DNA of 63,971 bases, taken from contig NC_068981.1 of NCBI RefSeq assembly GCF_001194135.2, forward strand, positions 37,166,269 through 37,230,239, given 5' to 3'. Numbering within the stretch: the stretch's first letter is position 1; each line of letters starts with the position of its first letter. The position numbers were made by a program, and so were the translations under genes. Under the pieces are notes generated by a model. The model saw only the letters and a list, made by a program, of their open reading frames with translations, was not told the origin of the DNA and did no database searches. Source of the DNA: Octopus bimaculoides. Taxonomy: Eukaryota. Positions 52,821 to 63,971 of this stretch are shown here, in pieces.

Positions 52821-53396
52821 ATAAGAAGAAATAAACAGAGAGAGAGAATGAAAAAAAGGTGTAGAGTTCAACGGTCCAACATAGCGAGTGATTGGAAAAA
52901 GAGGATGGAAAAAGGGAGATAATAATAAAAAAGAGTTTGAATGAAGATGAGATAATAATAGTGCTAGTGATCCCAACAAGAGAAGGTGGTCATGCGTATG
53001 TGTGTATGTGAAAATGGTGTGTGTGAGTGTGTAAGTGTGAATAGGAGCAAGTGACTCTGACATGTGTGCGTGTGTAATGCATGCGCGTGTCTGTAACCAA
53101 ACAGTGTGCATGTGTATGATGTATGTATATGGGTGAATGTTATCTTTGTCTATGCGTTTTTGCATGTGTATGTATATATTGTCTGTGTTCAGGTATTATG
53201 TACTTGTGTGGGTGTGGGACTGTTCATAATAGTATATGGTGTATGTACTGAGTTAAACAGTGTGTGGTTGCTCATATAGTGGTATGTGTGGTGACGCTAT
53301 TGAAGATTGTGTGTGTGTGTGTGTGAATGATGGTGTGTGGTGTGGGTGCTGAGAAGTTGTCAGTGCTAGTGTATGTGGGGCCGTGTGGGATTGGTG

Positions 53397-54690
53397 TCAA
53401 ATGAAGAGAGGAGGTGAGGTTAGTGTCAGATGAAAAGAGCTGTTGAGCCTATGTGACTCAAAGGAGCGAAGAGAGAAGATTAATTCCTGTTCACGGCAAA
53501 GACGGGAGTCCGGATGGCCCCTGTGCAAAAGCAATCCAAACACAGGCAGGTGTTGTAATGAATGACCAGTAGAGCCGAAATGGCACGAGACCGGGGTGTC
53601 ATTGCTGAGTCGGGTGTCTCAGAAGTGCTCTGCGAACCGATCAGCCAAGCGGTATCCCGTTTGACCGATGTAAGGGGAAGGACAGAGAGAGAGCAGGAGA
53701 TGTAGTAAATGTCATTACTAGAAATGCAGGTAATGGAGTCGGTGATGTGATAGGAACGATGATGGGTGATTGTGAGGATGGTGGTGTTGGAGAGGTAGGG
53801 ACAGGTGCGACATTGTGGGTGGAGCAGGGGAACAAGCCAATCTGGAAGGTGGGGTTAGGGAAGAAACTGTGGACCGGGAGTTTACGCAGGTTATGGACTC
53901 ATTAAGAAGGAAGTGGTAGGTTGGGGAAAAATGTGCGAGGTGGAGGAGTCGGACTGGAGTCGCTGGAAGGATCGGAGAATGGTGCATTGGAGGAGTAAGG
54001 TAGAGGCGTGGTAGGTGGGAAACGGGAGATGGGCAACGGTGGGGTGGGTGTGAGGAGAAACAGCAGAGGCACAGTCTACAGATCGTGCCCTGGCAAGAGC
54101 AGTGTTGATAGTAGTAAAGGTGTATCCACGTAGGATGAAGTGATGTGCCATGAGTTGAGATTGAGTCTAAAAGTCATGGTTGTCACTGCAGAGCCTGCGC
54201 AGATGGAGGAATTGAGAGTAAGGTATGGAGAGCTCGGTGTGAGTGTGGTAGAAGTGTGACTCAGTGTGTTTGTAGTGGATGGAGGTAGTGAGAGCAGTGT
54301 GGTGTACGCTGACACAAATGTCTAGAAATTTGAGAGAATAGTTAGAGATAGTGTAGGAGAATTCGAGGATAGGATGGAAGGATTGGACAAAAGAGAGGGA
54401 GGAGTCTAGTTCGTGGAAGAGTGAGGTCGCGTCGATACAGCTATTGATATAACGACCGTATAGTTCGGGAGTGAGAATTGTGAGAATATTAGGGTCTGAA
54501 CGTAGCCAGCGAACAGATTCGCATAGATGGGGGCCCATTCTCGTTCCCATGGCCATTCCCAAGAACTCTTGGTAAAAATACCCCGCGAACGAGAAGCAGT
54601 TGAGAGAGAAAACAAGTTTGGCCACATGAAGAAGTGTGGAGGTATCAAGTTGAGGGTCAGGCTGAAGGTCTAGAAAGTGTTTGAGCACAA
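53397..54690 (-). mobile_element. Penelope-like element (GIY-YIG type): RT, thumb, linker and complete GIY-YIG endonuclease; inactive
   Basis: LNCFSFAGYFYQ..GMAMGTRMGP.YANLF; YGRYINSC (decayed YIDD); FHP.LEFSYTIS...FLDI; SIPYSQF..LRRLCS; FPC...CRTCPY; DIYYISC...YIGQTGYRLADRFAEH (YIGQTG at 53655-53672); EQELIFSL. Frameshifts present. Confidence 0.93.
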
Positions 54691-54778
54691 GAAGTCATTC
54701 TTTGCTTGAGATCACTGTATATAAACTTTTGATATCAAGAATAAACAGAAATTTAGTGGGCCGAAGGAAAGGAGAAAG

Positions 54779-54780
<2 letters not shown>

Positions 54781-54862
<82 letters not shown>
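54781..54862. repeat. (CA)n microsatellite
   Basis: Direct inspection. Confidence 0.99.
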
Positions 54863-54867
<5 letters not shown>

Positions 54868-54984
54868 TAATCAATTCAGGTAAACAAGCAATTAAAAAAC
54901 AACGTAAAAATATAAAAAAACACGAACGTTTGGATGTACACAAGAGATATAGTAATTTAGTGCTCGATGAAGGGAAAGGATTGT

Positions 54985-55020
54985 TGCTAACATTTCGAGC
55001 ATAGCTCTTGGTCATAAAAT
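54985..55020 (-). ncRNA. Decayed hammerhead-like motif in the upstream PLE tail
   Basis: Minus strand TTTT-ATGACCA-A-GAGC TAT GCTC-GAAAT-GTT: perfect 4-bp stem II, degenerate core (compare CTGACGA...GAAAC). Confidence 0.4.
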
Positions 55021-55139
55021 GGAAAGTCAAAAGAGAAAGAAGAAAAAATAAGGAAAAATCGCCATCAGTCCACGTACAGTTACATTTCTGAAGTGACCGG
55101 AAGTGGAAAGAGAAAGAGAAAGTCGTTTCTGGGACAGGA

Positions 55140-56030
55140 TAGTGTGAAAGTGGTTGGTGTGTGCATGTGTGTGTGTTAGCGTGTGTGTGTAGTAGCATAT
55201 GTATGTATAGTAGGGTGTGTGTGTATGGTAGTAACTGCATTTGTGTGTGTGCGGTAGCGTATGTGTGTGTGTGTGGTAGTAACTATGTATACGTGCGATG
55301 GTAACTCTGTGTATGTGTATGCGAGTATGTGTGGTAGGATCTGTGTGAATGTATATGCTGCTCTGAAAGGTCGATCATAAGTCAACTATAGTGAAAGGTG
55401 TGTGAATGGGTGTGTGTGCATAGACGGTGTGGTTAATAGTGAGTGAGCGGCAGTTTGAAAGGTGTATGAAGGGGTGTGTATGTGGAAGTGTATGTACGTG
55501 TGTGTATATATATTTGCATGTGTGTGTGCATTATGTATGTGTGTTGCATGTGTGTGTGTGTGTTGTGTGTGTGCGTTATGTGTGCGTGTTGTGTGTGGAG
55601 GGCTGTGTGTGTGCATGCGTGTGTGTGTGGGTGCGTTGGTGTAGCTAAGTGTGTAGGTATTATGCATGCGGGTGTGCATGTGTGTGTGTGGGAGTGCATG
55701 TGTGTGTGTGTGGGGGAGTGTATGTGTGTGTGTGTGTGTGTGCGGGCATGCGGATTTGCGTGTGGTGTGTGGTAGGGTGTGAGTGCGGTGTTTGATAGGG
55801 TGTAATGGGTGTGTATGCGTGGGGGGGTAGGGTGTGCATGTGGTGTGTGATAGGTTTTAAGGGGCAGGATGACAAAAGTGTATGTATGTTGGTGTTGTTA
55901 TTAGTGTGTATATGTTTGTGGGTGTGGCCGTGCATTTGTATGAGGTATGTGTGGGTGTGTGTGTGTATATATGAGTGTGAGTGCGTGCGTATGAAGGTGT
56001 GTGTATGTGAAAAAATTAAAAATACAAGTT
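55140..56030. repeat. Long degenerate (TG)-rich low-complexity tract, apparently within the PLE 3' tail
   Basis: Direct inspection; a comparable TG-rich tract lies at about 52980-53390 after the other GIY-YIG end. Confidence 0.9.
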
Positions 56031-56220
56031 AAAAATTACATGAGAAAACAAAGGCATATAAAAATGAAGAAACAATACAAAATAAATAATAAAAAAATGA
56101 AATATAATGAAATATAACAAAATGAAAAAGATTATATAAATAAATCAGTAACAGAAATAAATAAAAAATAAGCAAATAAAATAGAATAAAATGCTTTTTT
56201 AAAAATATGTGAGTGGAATG

Positions 56221-56505
56221 TCACTGAAAGGTGGGGGTTGCGTTTAGTCCGAAAGGAGTTTCAGTATGTAGAGTGAAAATGTAGTGCTGTTCCAGGCAGA
56301 GTCTAGAGCTGGTGAATTCATGGTGTAGGGCAAGGCCGAAGATGATGAGGTCTGAGGTGGAGTGGCCGGCTAGCGAAGATGACCCGCAACAGGGGTGTTT
56401 TGGTGGAATTTTGCATTAATTTCGAAGATATAGTATTCCTGCTCGTTTGTGTGGTTGAGCATTCGACAGATACTTGAGAAAACCAAAATAAACCACATGC
56501 TCGCA
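56221..56505 (-). mobile_element. PLE GIY-YIG C-terminal fragment (pLTR-like upstream copy)
   Basis: NTPVAGH...HSTSDLIIFGLALHHEFTSSRLCLEQHYIFTLHTETPFGLNATPTFQ* is homologous to DTPVSCHFGSTGHSLQHLPVFGLLLH...SRLCREQELIFSL at 53430-53620. Confidence 0.82.
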
Positions 56506-56554
56506 CCATATATAACAACTTTTTATATGTTCACTATTCATACATATATATCAA

Positions 56555-56695
56555 TTCCTAAAGTTTCCGTCTATCAACTTCACTCACAAGACATTGGTCA
56601 ACCCGCTGTATAGCAGAAAACACCTAGCGAAGATATTGTGCAGTGGGATTGAAGCCACGTGCTTATGAAACGATTTTTTTTAACCAGATAGCCAA
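56555..56695 (-). mobile_element. Decayed SINE family B
   Basis: gtttccgtctatcaacttcactcacaagacattggtcaacc is the reverse complement of the family B body. Confidence 0.65.
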
Positions 56696-57154
56696 ACCAG
56701 TCTGCAAAAGCAAATAGGTCAATAACCTTCTGCACACATTTTCCCCCAACGGAATCTCCGTTATTTCACTTATACCGACATGCAGTTCAAATTATACCAT
56801 ATCTATGACCTTGAAGTCTTAGAAAATTAGCAAGCTTATTACTTTCAGCTTCTCCTCTTGCTAAATATACGTGACATCTACCTTCTCATCCTGCAGCTGG
56901 ATATTGCTCCTCGCTGCTTCCATTCTTCCAGTCTTCCTGAGTTGGTCTTGTATCCATTATGGCTCTATCTATGGAAATACATACATGCATACGTACATAC
57001 ATATAACCATATATGTGTTTGTGTGTGTGTAATTTGTGTGTGACCATATATATGCTTATGTTTATTTGTATGCATGCGTATATGTATGCATGCATTCATG
57101 CATGTATGTATATATATGTGTGTGTGTATGTATATATATATATATGTGAGTGTG

Positions 57155-57198
<44 letters not shown>

Positions 57199-57279
57199 TA
57201 TATGTGGGTATGGGTCTTTCGTATTGCAAAGCAGTCTGTGGGAAACCAAATCCAATAGAGAAAGCCTTTGACAGAGTGT

Positions 57280-57410
57280 CATACTCTGTGATATGGTGAT
57301 CAATGAGGAATGTAGGGGTAAATGAGTGGCTTGTGAGAGCTATGTATGCCATATGCCGAGGGGCAGTGAGGAAGGTGAGAGTCAGCAATGAGTTTAGCAA
57401 TGAATCTAGT
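57280..57410 (+). mobile_element. RTE-type RT fragment
   Basis: [46 protein letters not shown]. Confidence 0.75.
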
Positions 57411-57419
57411 GTTTGGGTA

Positions 57420-59012
57420 AGTAAGACTAGTATTTCTCATGAAGCATATGTCAAGGTGTACTTAGTGTAAATTTTTAATGCTGATCTCAAATATACAATT
57501 AGATATTTGGCATCACGTACAGTTTTCAAGATGAGAAAAGGTTTTGGATTTTAGCTCATGCATTATATAGAAATTTCAACTAATGACACGTACGCATGTA
57601 TTTCATTTGCATCATGAAAACATACCTTTAAAATAAACTACATTATTCATTGCTGCCAAGTTCAGATGCAATATTTCATCATCTTAAATTAACCAATCAA
57701 GTTTTGTCTGATGAAATAGGTATTTTAATATCTCAAATTGTCCAGTCATAATTGGTCTGATGAAATATTTCATCATTTTAAATTCAATATAAGTATAACC
57801 GTTTGCATCTATTTCCTTACTTGTTTTACAGTATTAAGAATGTCAAGACAGTGTAGAAATCATTCTGATGTGTTATGCTATGTCTGTGGACAATTTATTG
57901 TGAAAGCTCAAACACGTACAATAACATCAGAAATCAACAAGATTTATAAGCTATACTTTGACTGTCCTCTTGGAAATCAGGACAAGTTATGGGCACCACA
58001 TTTTATCTGCTCAGCTAGCTCAAATGGTTTACGTGACTGGTTCAATAATAATAAGAAATTCATTCCTTTTACCATTCCATTATTGAGGGAGCTGAAAGAC
58101 CATTTTAATGACTTATTTTTGTAAAGTAAATGTCACAAGATTTTCTATGAAGAATAAACACAAAATTGTGTATTCCAATTTGGATTCTGCAATGAGATCT
58201 GTGCCTCACAATGGAAGTCTGCCAATTCCAGTTCCTCCAAATGATAGTATTGAAACATCAGATCATGATGCTGACTGTCATGATAGTGCTGCTGAGGAAG
58301 ATTACGTGGCTGTTGACGATAGCTTTGAACTCCAGAAATTTTCCCAAGCTGAACTGAATGACCTTATCAAAGATGTATCCCTCTCAAAAGATAAAGCAGA
58401 TCTGTTGGCATCAAGACTGAAGAAGTATCTGCTAGAGTACAGTGTTTGTATAACTTATTTTTGTTAGAGAAATGTGGTTCTACAAACATGTTTTTCTGTT
58501 GAAAGCTCGCTTTGTTTTTGCAATCGAGGGACTTTTCAAATGTTTATCATAAAATTACGATCCTGCAGAGTGGCATTTGTTTGTTGACTCTTCAAAACGA
58601 AGTTTAAAAGCTGTACTTCTCCATAATGGTAATTTGAAGCCCTCCATTCCTATTGCACACTCCATTCATCTTCATGAATCATACGAAAATATGGAGCTTT
58701 CACTTCATGCCATTGCCTATGAAAAATACTCATGGAAAATATTTAAAAGTCATTGGAATGTTAATGGGAATGCAGTTAGGTTTCACAAAGTACTGTTGTT
58801 TCTTGTGTCTATGGGATAGTCGGGCAACTGGCAGACATTATTTGGAATCAAACTGGCAGACAAGAACATCATACCAGCCAGGACTGTCTAGCGTCAAGAA
58901 TACACCTCTTGTAGATCCATGGAATATCCTACTGCCTCCTTTGCACATAAAGCTTGAACTGATGAAACAGTTTGTAAAGACACTAGGGAATAGAAATGCC
59001 AGAGGGTTTGAG
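57420..59012 (+). mobile_element. 3'-truncated DNA transposon with a Chapaev3-like (CMC/EnSpm group) transposase relic
   Basis: From ATG 57840: MSRQCRNHSDVLCYVCGQF...YFDCPLGNQDKLWAPHFIC...DHFND(C)YFC; FVDSSKRSLKAVLLHNGN.KPSIPIAHS; LGFTKYCCFLCLWDSRA; ILLPPLHIKLELMKQFVK. Clearly a transposase relic; the family label is from recall. Confidence 0.75.
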
Positions 59013-62000
59013 TATATATATATATATATATATCTTCTTAGGTTGTCCATCTTGTTCAGTAATAATCACTTGTAGGCTCAAAACTTTACTTTTTTGTAAT
59101 AAAGTAAAGTATTAAATACGTTCCACTCTATTCAGAGAACAAGAGAGGAGTATTTCTGGCTTTTCCTTGCCTAGCCCTTTACCACTAACTGATGGACTTA
59201 ATGAGAAGCTCTACTCATCCTTTCATATACATTAGTGTATCAAGTACCTCTTTTTCTTCTGTGAGAGCACAGAGTCTATGGAATGATATTCATTGCAAAT
59301 ATTGCTTCTTGGGATTCTTATTTGCTTCCATCACGAGAAGTTTTTGTAATATAACTCAATGTTTTAAGTGCAAACTATTTGATGGATACTCTTTCTTTAA
59401 TGGACTAAATGCTAAATTATAATACTGATTGCTTCTGAGACTCAGTATTGTAAACTGACATGATGTTAATGAATTATACAGTCTCCTGACGTTTGCCATA
59501 CTGAGTTGTATGTAGTATGCTAAAATAAAGTGGTACCTATTTACAGATGAATAGACTGTGCATATGTCTATGCATTAATGTCGACTATACAGCTGGTAGC
59601 CTGATACTTTATGAAGTCAGCCAATTGCTACTCTCTAAACAGTGCACTAAATGGTCAATATCAATATACCTGTCAGTCATGACAGAAATGTTATTAAAAG
59701 GAATTACAAATATATCTTTCATCACCATCACTTTTTCAATCGATATTGTTTGTTATTAACTCAGCTCTGACTTTGGTAAATTAGTATTAATTAAATTTGG
59801 CATTCGTTTCCATGCATGAAAGCAATTATTAGTCTATGATATATAAACAATTATCTGAGTCTACATAAACATTTTTATCTTATTTCTTTTGCTTTATGTA
59901 TAATTTTCATAATGTTTATTATTTGCTTGATGGCAAATTTAACTGATTACCTCATAAACATACATAAACAAAAACACACATACATAAACAAAAACACACA
60001 TACATATGAATACATTCATTTCGACTCATGTGTGATGTACATTTTGTATTTAACATCTTTGAGAAAATCCACATTTTAAATAAACCATTTTGAAATGGAA
60101 AACACAGCACTTTATTTGTTATAAATTGGTTGCAAGCAATGTGTGAAAGGTCAAATCTTAGAGGACCAAATCCCCAAGCTGGTTTCATTTCTTCATTGTA
60201 CATATTTCAATTTACTTACATGGTCAATTTCATAGGGAAAAGTATGATTGTCTGTAGCTTGATTAACCTTCTCCTTGTTGTCAATAATAGATTTTGCTTA
60301 ATGATATGAAAATTCAAACATTCTGGGTTTAACTTCATATCACATTATGATTGAAATAGAATATATTTGTTTTGCTTATTTAAGGATATGTTAATATTGT
60401 AGCACATAATGACATAATCTACTGACATTGACTATTCCCCAAGTAGATAGATTCTCTTATCTGTAACTGATTAAGTTATTTTACTAATATTGTATGTTTC
60501 AATGTTATGTCATTTTACCCATTCAGACAATTTGAGCAAAGACCAAATTAGCAAATAAATCTCTATCCAGTTGGTTGACCTACTAAAAGTAGTAAATAAA
60601 TGCCCTTCAAATCGCATTCTATCATTACTACACAACAACAATGATATTAATATATGTATCTCTCTATTGTAATATATGCATGTTTCTATTATAATATATG
60701 CATGCTCATATATATAGTATATATGTTCCTATTTTCCTTTATTGCAATAACAAAATTAACAACAATTGTGTTCTACATCGAGCTCTAGACCATTAGGATA
60801 TGCTAGCAATATGATTTGAACCTAAGGCACAAGAAAAATAATTACTGCATTACAACTAAAATTACATGCCATTTAGTGGTCTAATCTAGACAGAAAATAA
60901 ATGTCATTCATATTGTATAAGATATTGACTGATGTTAATAATGACACAGTTATTCATATAATAATGCATACATATCAAGATACTGACGTATCAAAATCCT
61001 TAACAAGGCAGAAATATAGATACTAAATTGGAACATTTTAATTAAATTTACAGATAAACAAGCAATGTTCTGAAAGGGACAGGTGTATTAAATTAACTGT
61101 CTTGCTATGAAATGAATAGCGTGCATCAATATTAAAATCTGTTACATTTTAAGGATATCTTTTCATCTTGTATCTTATATTTCAATAACTATAACCTCTG
61201 CATAAAATCGGAATATAAATCTTTCTCATATATTTTGTTTTTATATAATGATAATTTTATTGATTCTTTTCTTTTTTTTTATCAACAAGAAAAAATACAT
61301 GTAGGAAATTGAATAGAAAATATTTCTTATCAAAAGAATTTGAGATTTCTTAAATGAACCATTTCTGAAAAAAAAAAAAAAAAAAATATGCATTTGTTCT
61401 GTTCTTTGACTTGAGTTAGAAAACGAAATGATTTTCAGCATTACATCTCATAAATATTACATAAAATCTCGGTGTATCCATCATCGATTTTACAAACATT
61501 TTTCTGTTGGGAGAGATTGCAAGGGTCACTAGTTCTCTCACTCTCCCTCATTTCTGTCGTTCCTTTCTGTCTCTTTCTTGCATTCTGATTATTTGTCCCT
61601 TTCTATCTCCATCTCTCCTGTTGTTCCTATCTAAAGAAATATATCAAAGCATAAGCCTTTTAATCACAATAGGATACAATTTCAACAACTGGGAATTCGT
61701 TAGCCTTTACAAACCTTTGATTATTCTGCAAGTGAAATTCCTCCTACTCATATATCTCCAGTAAGATGTCTTCTGGGGGTCATACGACAACATTTCCAGG
61801 GATATATGAAGACAAAATCATAATTGGAAGTGACAAAGTATCATAAGAGATTCCAGTTTCCTTCCACATCAAACAGATCAAATATTCTCAATTCCTCAGA
61901 CCAGTGGGCTGTTACTGCTTTATCATTCTTTTCCATCACAAGAACCACAGTAGGCTGTTCTAAGGAAACATTAATACTGTGTTTCTTCTACCAGCCTGTT

Positions 62001-63121
62001 ATTCTTCCATCGTTTACTTTTGAGCTTTTACTTCTACTACGCATATACCCCTAGGCTGCTCAAAGTTATGCTCTATACTTTTATTTCCCAAACTACCGAG
62101 CACATTTTTTGTATTCATCAAACACAAAGTTGTGCAAACATCCACGTTCAACAAACGTATGTATTTCATTCACAAACTCACGTGCTTTTAAGGCTAAACA
62201 TATATTTATAAGTTTCATAGTTTGAAACTCAAATTTTTGGGGGAGATTTTTCAATTCACATCTTTTTATTTAATCTGTATACATAAACACATTTATACAC
62301 AAACACTCGGACACACATACACTTAAACACATAAGCACATATCTAAAGACAACAACACTAATATGTTAAAGTGCTGAAACACTAATGTTTTACAGAATCA
62401 GTGTATTCAACATAAGAAACAAAAAACAACCAATATTTTTATAGTTTTGACCCAACAAATTATTTAGCTGTTACAAAAAAAAATAATAATTTTAGTTAGC
62501 CGTCTATATACATTACTGTGATGGCAAAAGTTATCAAAATATACGTGTATATAATATGTCTTCATACAAAACGTCTTATGAATATATACAAACATAATGC
62601 AAAGCACACACACATATCCACACACAAAGATACAAGCGCATTTATGTGTGTGTGTGCGCGTGTGTATCTATGTCTTTACAAATATATCTTTATTTATTTA
62701 TATATATCTTCTCATTTCGGGAACCGGCGAGATAATCCAGAAGTGATGAAGAGAGACAAGATGGTCTTACTTTTGTCCCTCATCTAAGAAGCTACAGTCA
62801 GTGACCCCACTTTGCTCCTACCCTCATCCTGGATGCTGCGGTAAATGAGAGGGCCACTGCTACCATAGCCGAATGGAACAAAATCCTCAAGTATCTTCCA
62901 ACCTGTGGCGCTTGAGATGCTTGGGTTGGACCGCTGACTGCGAACTTCTTATCATCGTTGGTGGTTCACTTTACCGAGGTGATGCCCGTGAGGGTGCATA
63001 GCTGTTCCAATGCTTTAATTTGACCATTGCCCCAGGTAATGCCACGAGCATGTTGGCTTGCTTCAGTAGGCTCCGTTGAATTTTGTGGTGTGCGGCCAAT
63101 TAAAGCACTTAGCTTTGAATT

Positions 63122-63182
63122 GTTTCTTCTTCTTCTTCTTCTTCTTCTTCTTCTTCTGCTTCTTCTTCTTCTTCTTCTTCTT
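63122..63182. repeat. (CTT)n microsatellite
   Basis: Direct inspection. Confidence 0.98.
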
Positions 63183-63789
63183 TGTTCATCACTCATGTTT
63201 GTTTCATTCGGTTTTGAATTTGTATTTTAATGTGCTTTTTATATTATATATGTATCATATACATACTTGTTATATATGTAACAAGATAAGATATTCTATT
63301 CACAAATACTTTCATACACATAGATGTCTAAAATAAACATAACACGAAAGATCGTTTATATATTTGGCAAATCATCTAACGTACGTTTCATAAGCAAATA
63401 ATTATTATTAGGTACATAATATAAGTTACATAATAAAAATGTCTTGTCAAATCCTCAGAGATGTGCAACGTCTCAATGGAACATTACTGGACTGTTGCCA
63501 GTAGCTATTTCTATAAACGTTTACTCATGTCAACAATTCAACTGTCCAATAACGTTAGGTACAAAAGCATACGTCTCTGAAAATTAAACAAAACCATTTA
63601 AATATGCAATTAACATAGTGTAATTAATCATATTTTGTTACCGAGACACACGTATACTTTATTTTCTTTTATAATGTACCTTCTGTGACATATTACAACA
63701 TTCGGTTTTGTATCAAATGAAACAAGTATAACACGAATGAGAATGTACATGAAGTTCTAAATACTGATTATAGGTCATGCAATTTAAGT

Positions 63790-63919
63790 TTTAAATTGTA
63801 TTATCTATCTACCTATCTATCTCTCTATCTATCTGTCTCTCTGTCTCTCTGTCTGCCTGCCAGTCTGTCTGTAAATACAAGCATGATTATATAAATATAT
63901 ATATATATATATATAAGTT

Positions 63920-63971
<52 letters not shown>
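63790..63971. repeat. (TATC)n, (TCTG)n, (TA)n and (CA)n microsatellites
   Basis: Direct inspection. Confidence 0.95.

Overview
AT-rich, microsatellite-saturated eukaryotic (animal) DNA. The SINE and LINE-tail families and the density of (TA)n/(TG)n/(CAT)n tracts resemble coleoid cephalopod, probably Octopus, genomes; this is from recall, not a database search. I found no confidently identifiable host gene, rRNA, true tRNA or CRISPR array. Nearly all ORFs in the supplied track are microsatellite or N-gap artefacts or transposon fragments. The window reads as an intergenic or large intronic graveyard of mobile elements: CR1/Jockey- and RTE-type LINEs, R4/Dong-type restriction-like-endonuclease (RLE) retrotransposons, two distinct lineages of Penelope-like elements (PLEs), mariner/Tc1, Tigger/pogo, hAT and a Chapaev3-like DNA transposon, plus many tRNA-derived SINEs. 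All are defective. The most interesting structure is a partial-tandem GIY-YIG PLE at about 52.75-56.5 kb (minus strand) whose repeated 3' tails each carry a minimal hammerhead-ribozyme-like motif. The same variant core (YUGUUGA instead of CUGAnGA) recurs at 48.55 kb. Other points of interest are a near-complete Naiad-like PLE RT, a TAA-associated R4/Dong element, two 95%-identical defective RLE 3' fragments, two closely spaced inverted SINE pairs (possible dsRNA/ADAR substrates) and a few low-confidence micro-exon candidates. I cannot show from sequence alone that any of this is a previously undescribed system. Most element boundaries are approximate (+/-20-50 bp) unless TIRs or junctions are quoted.
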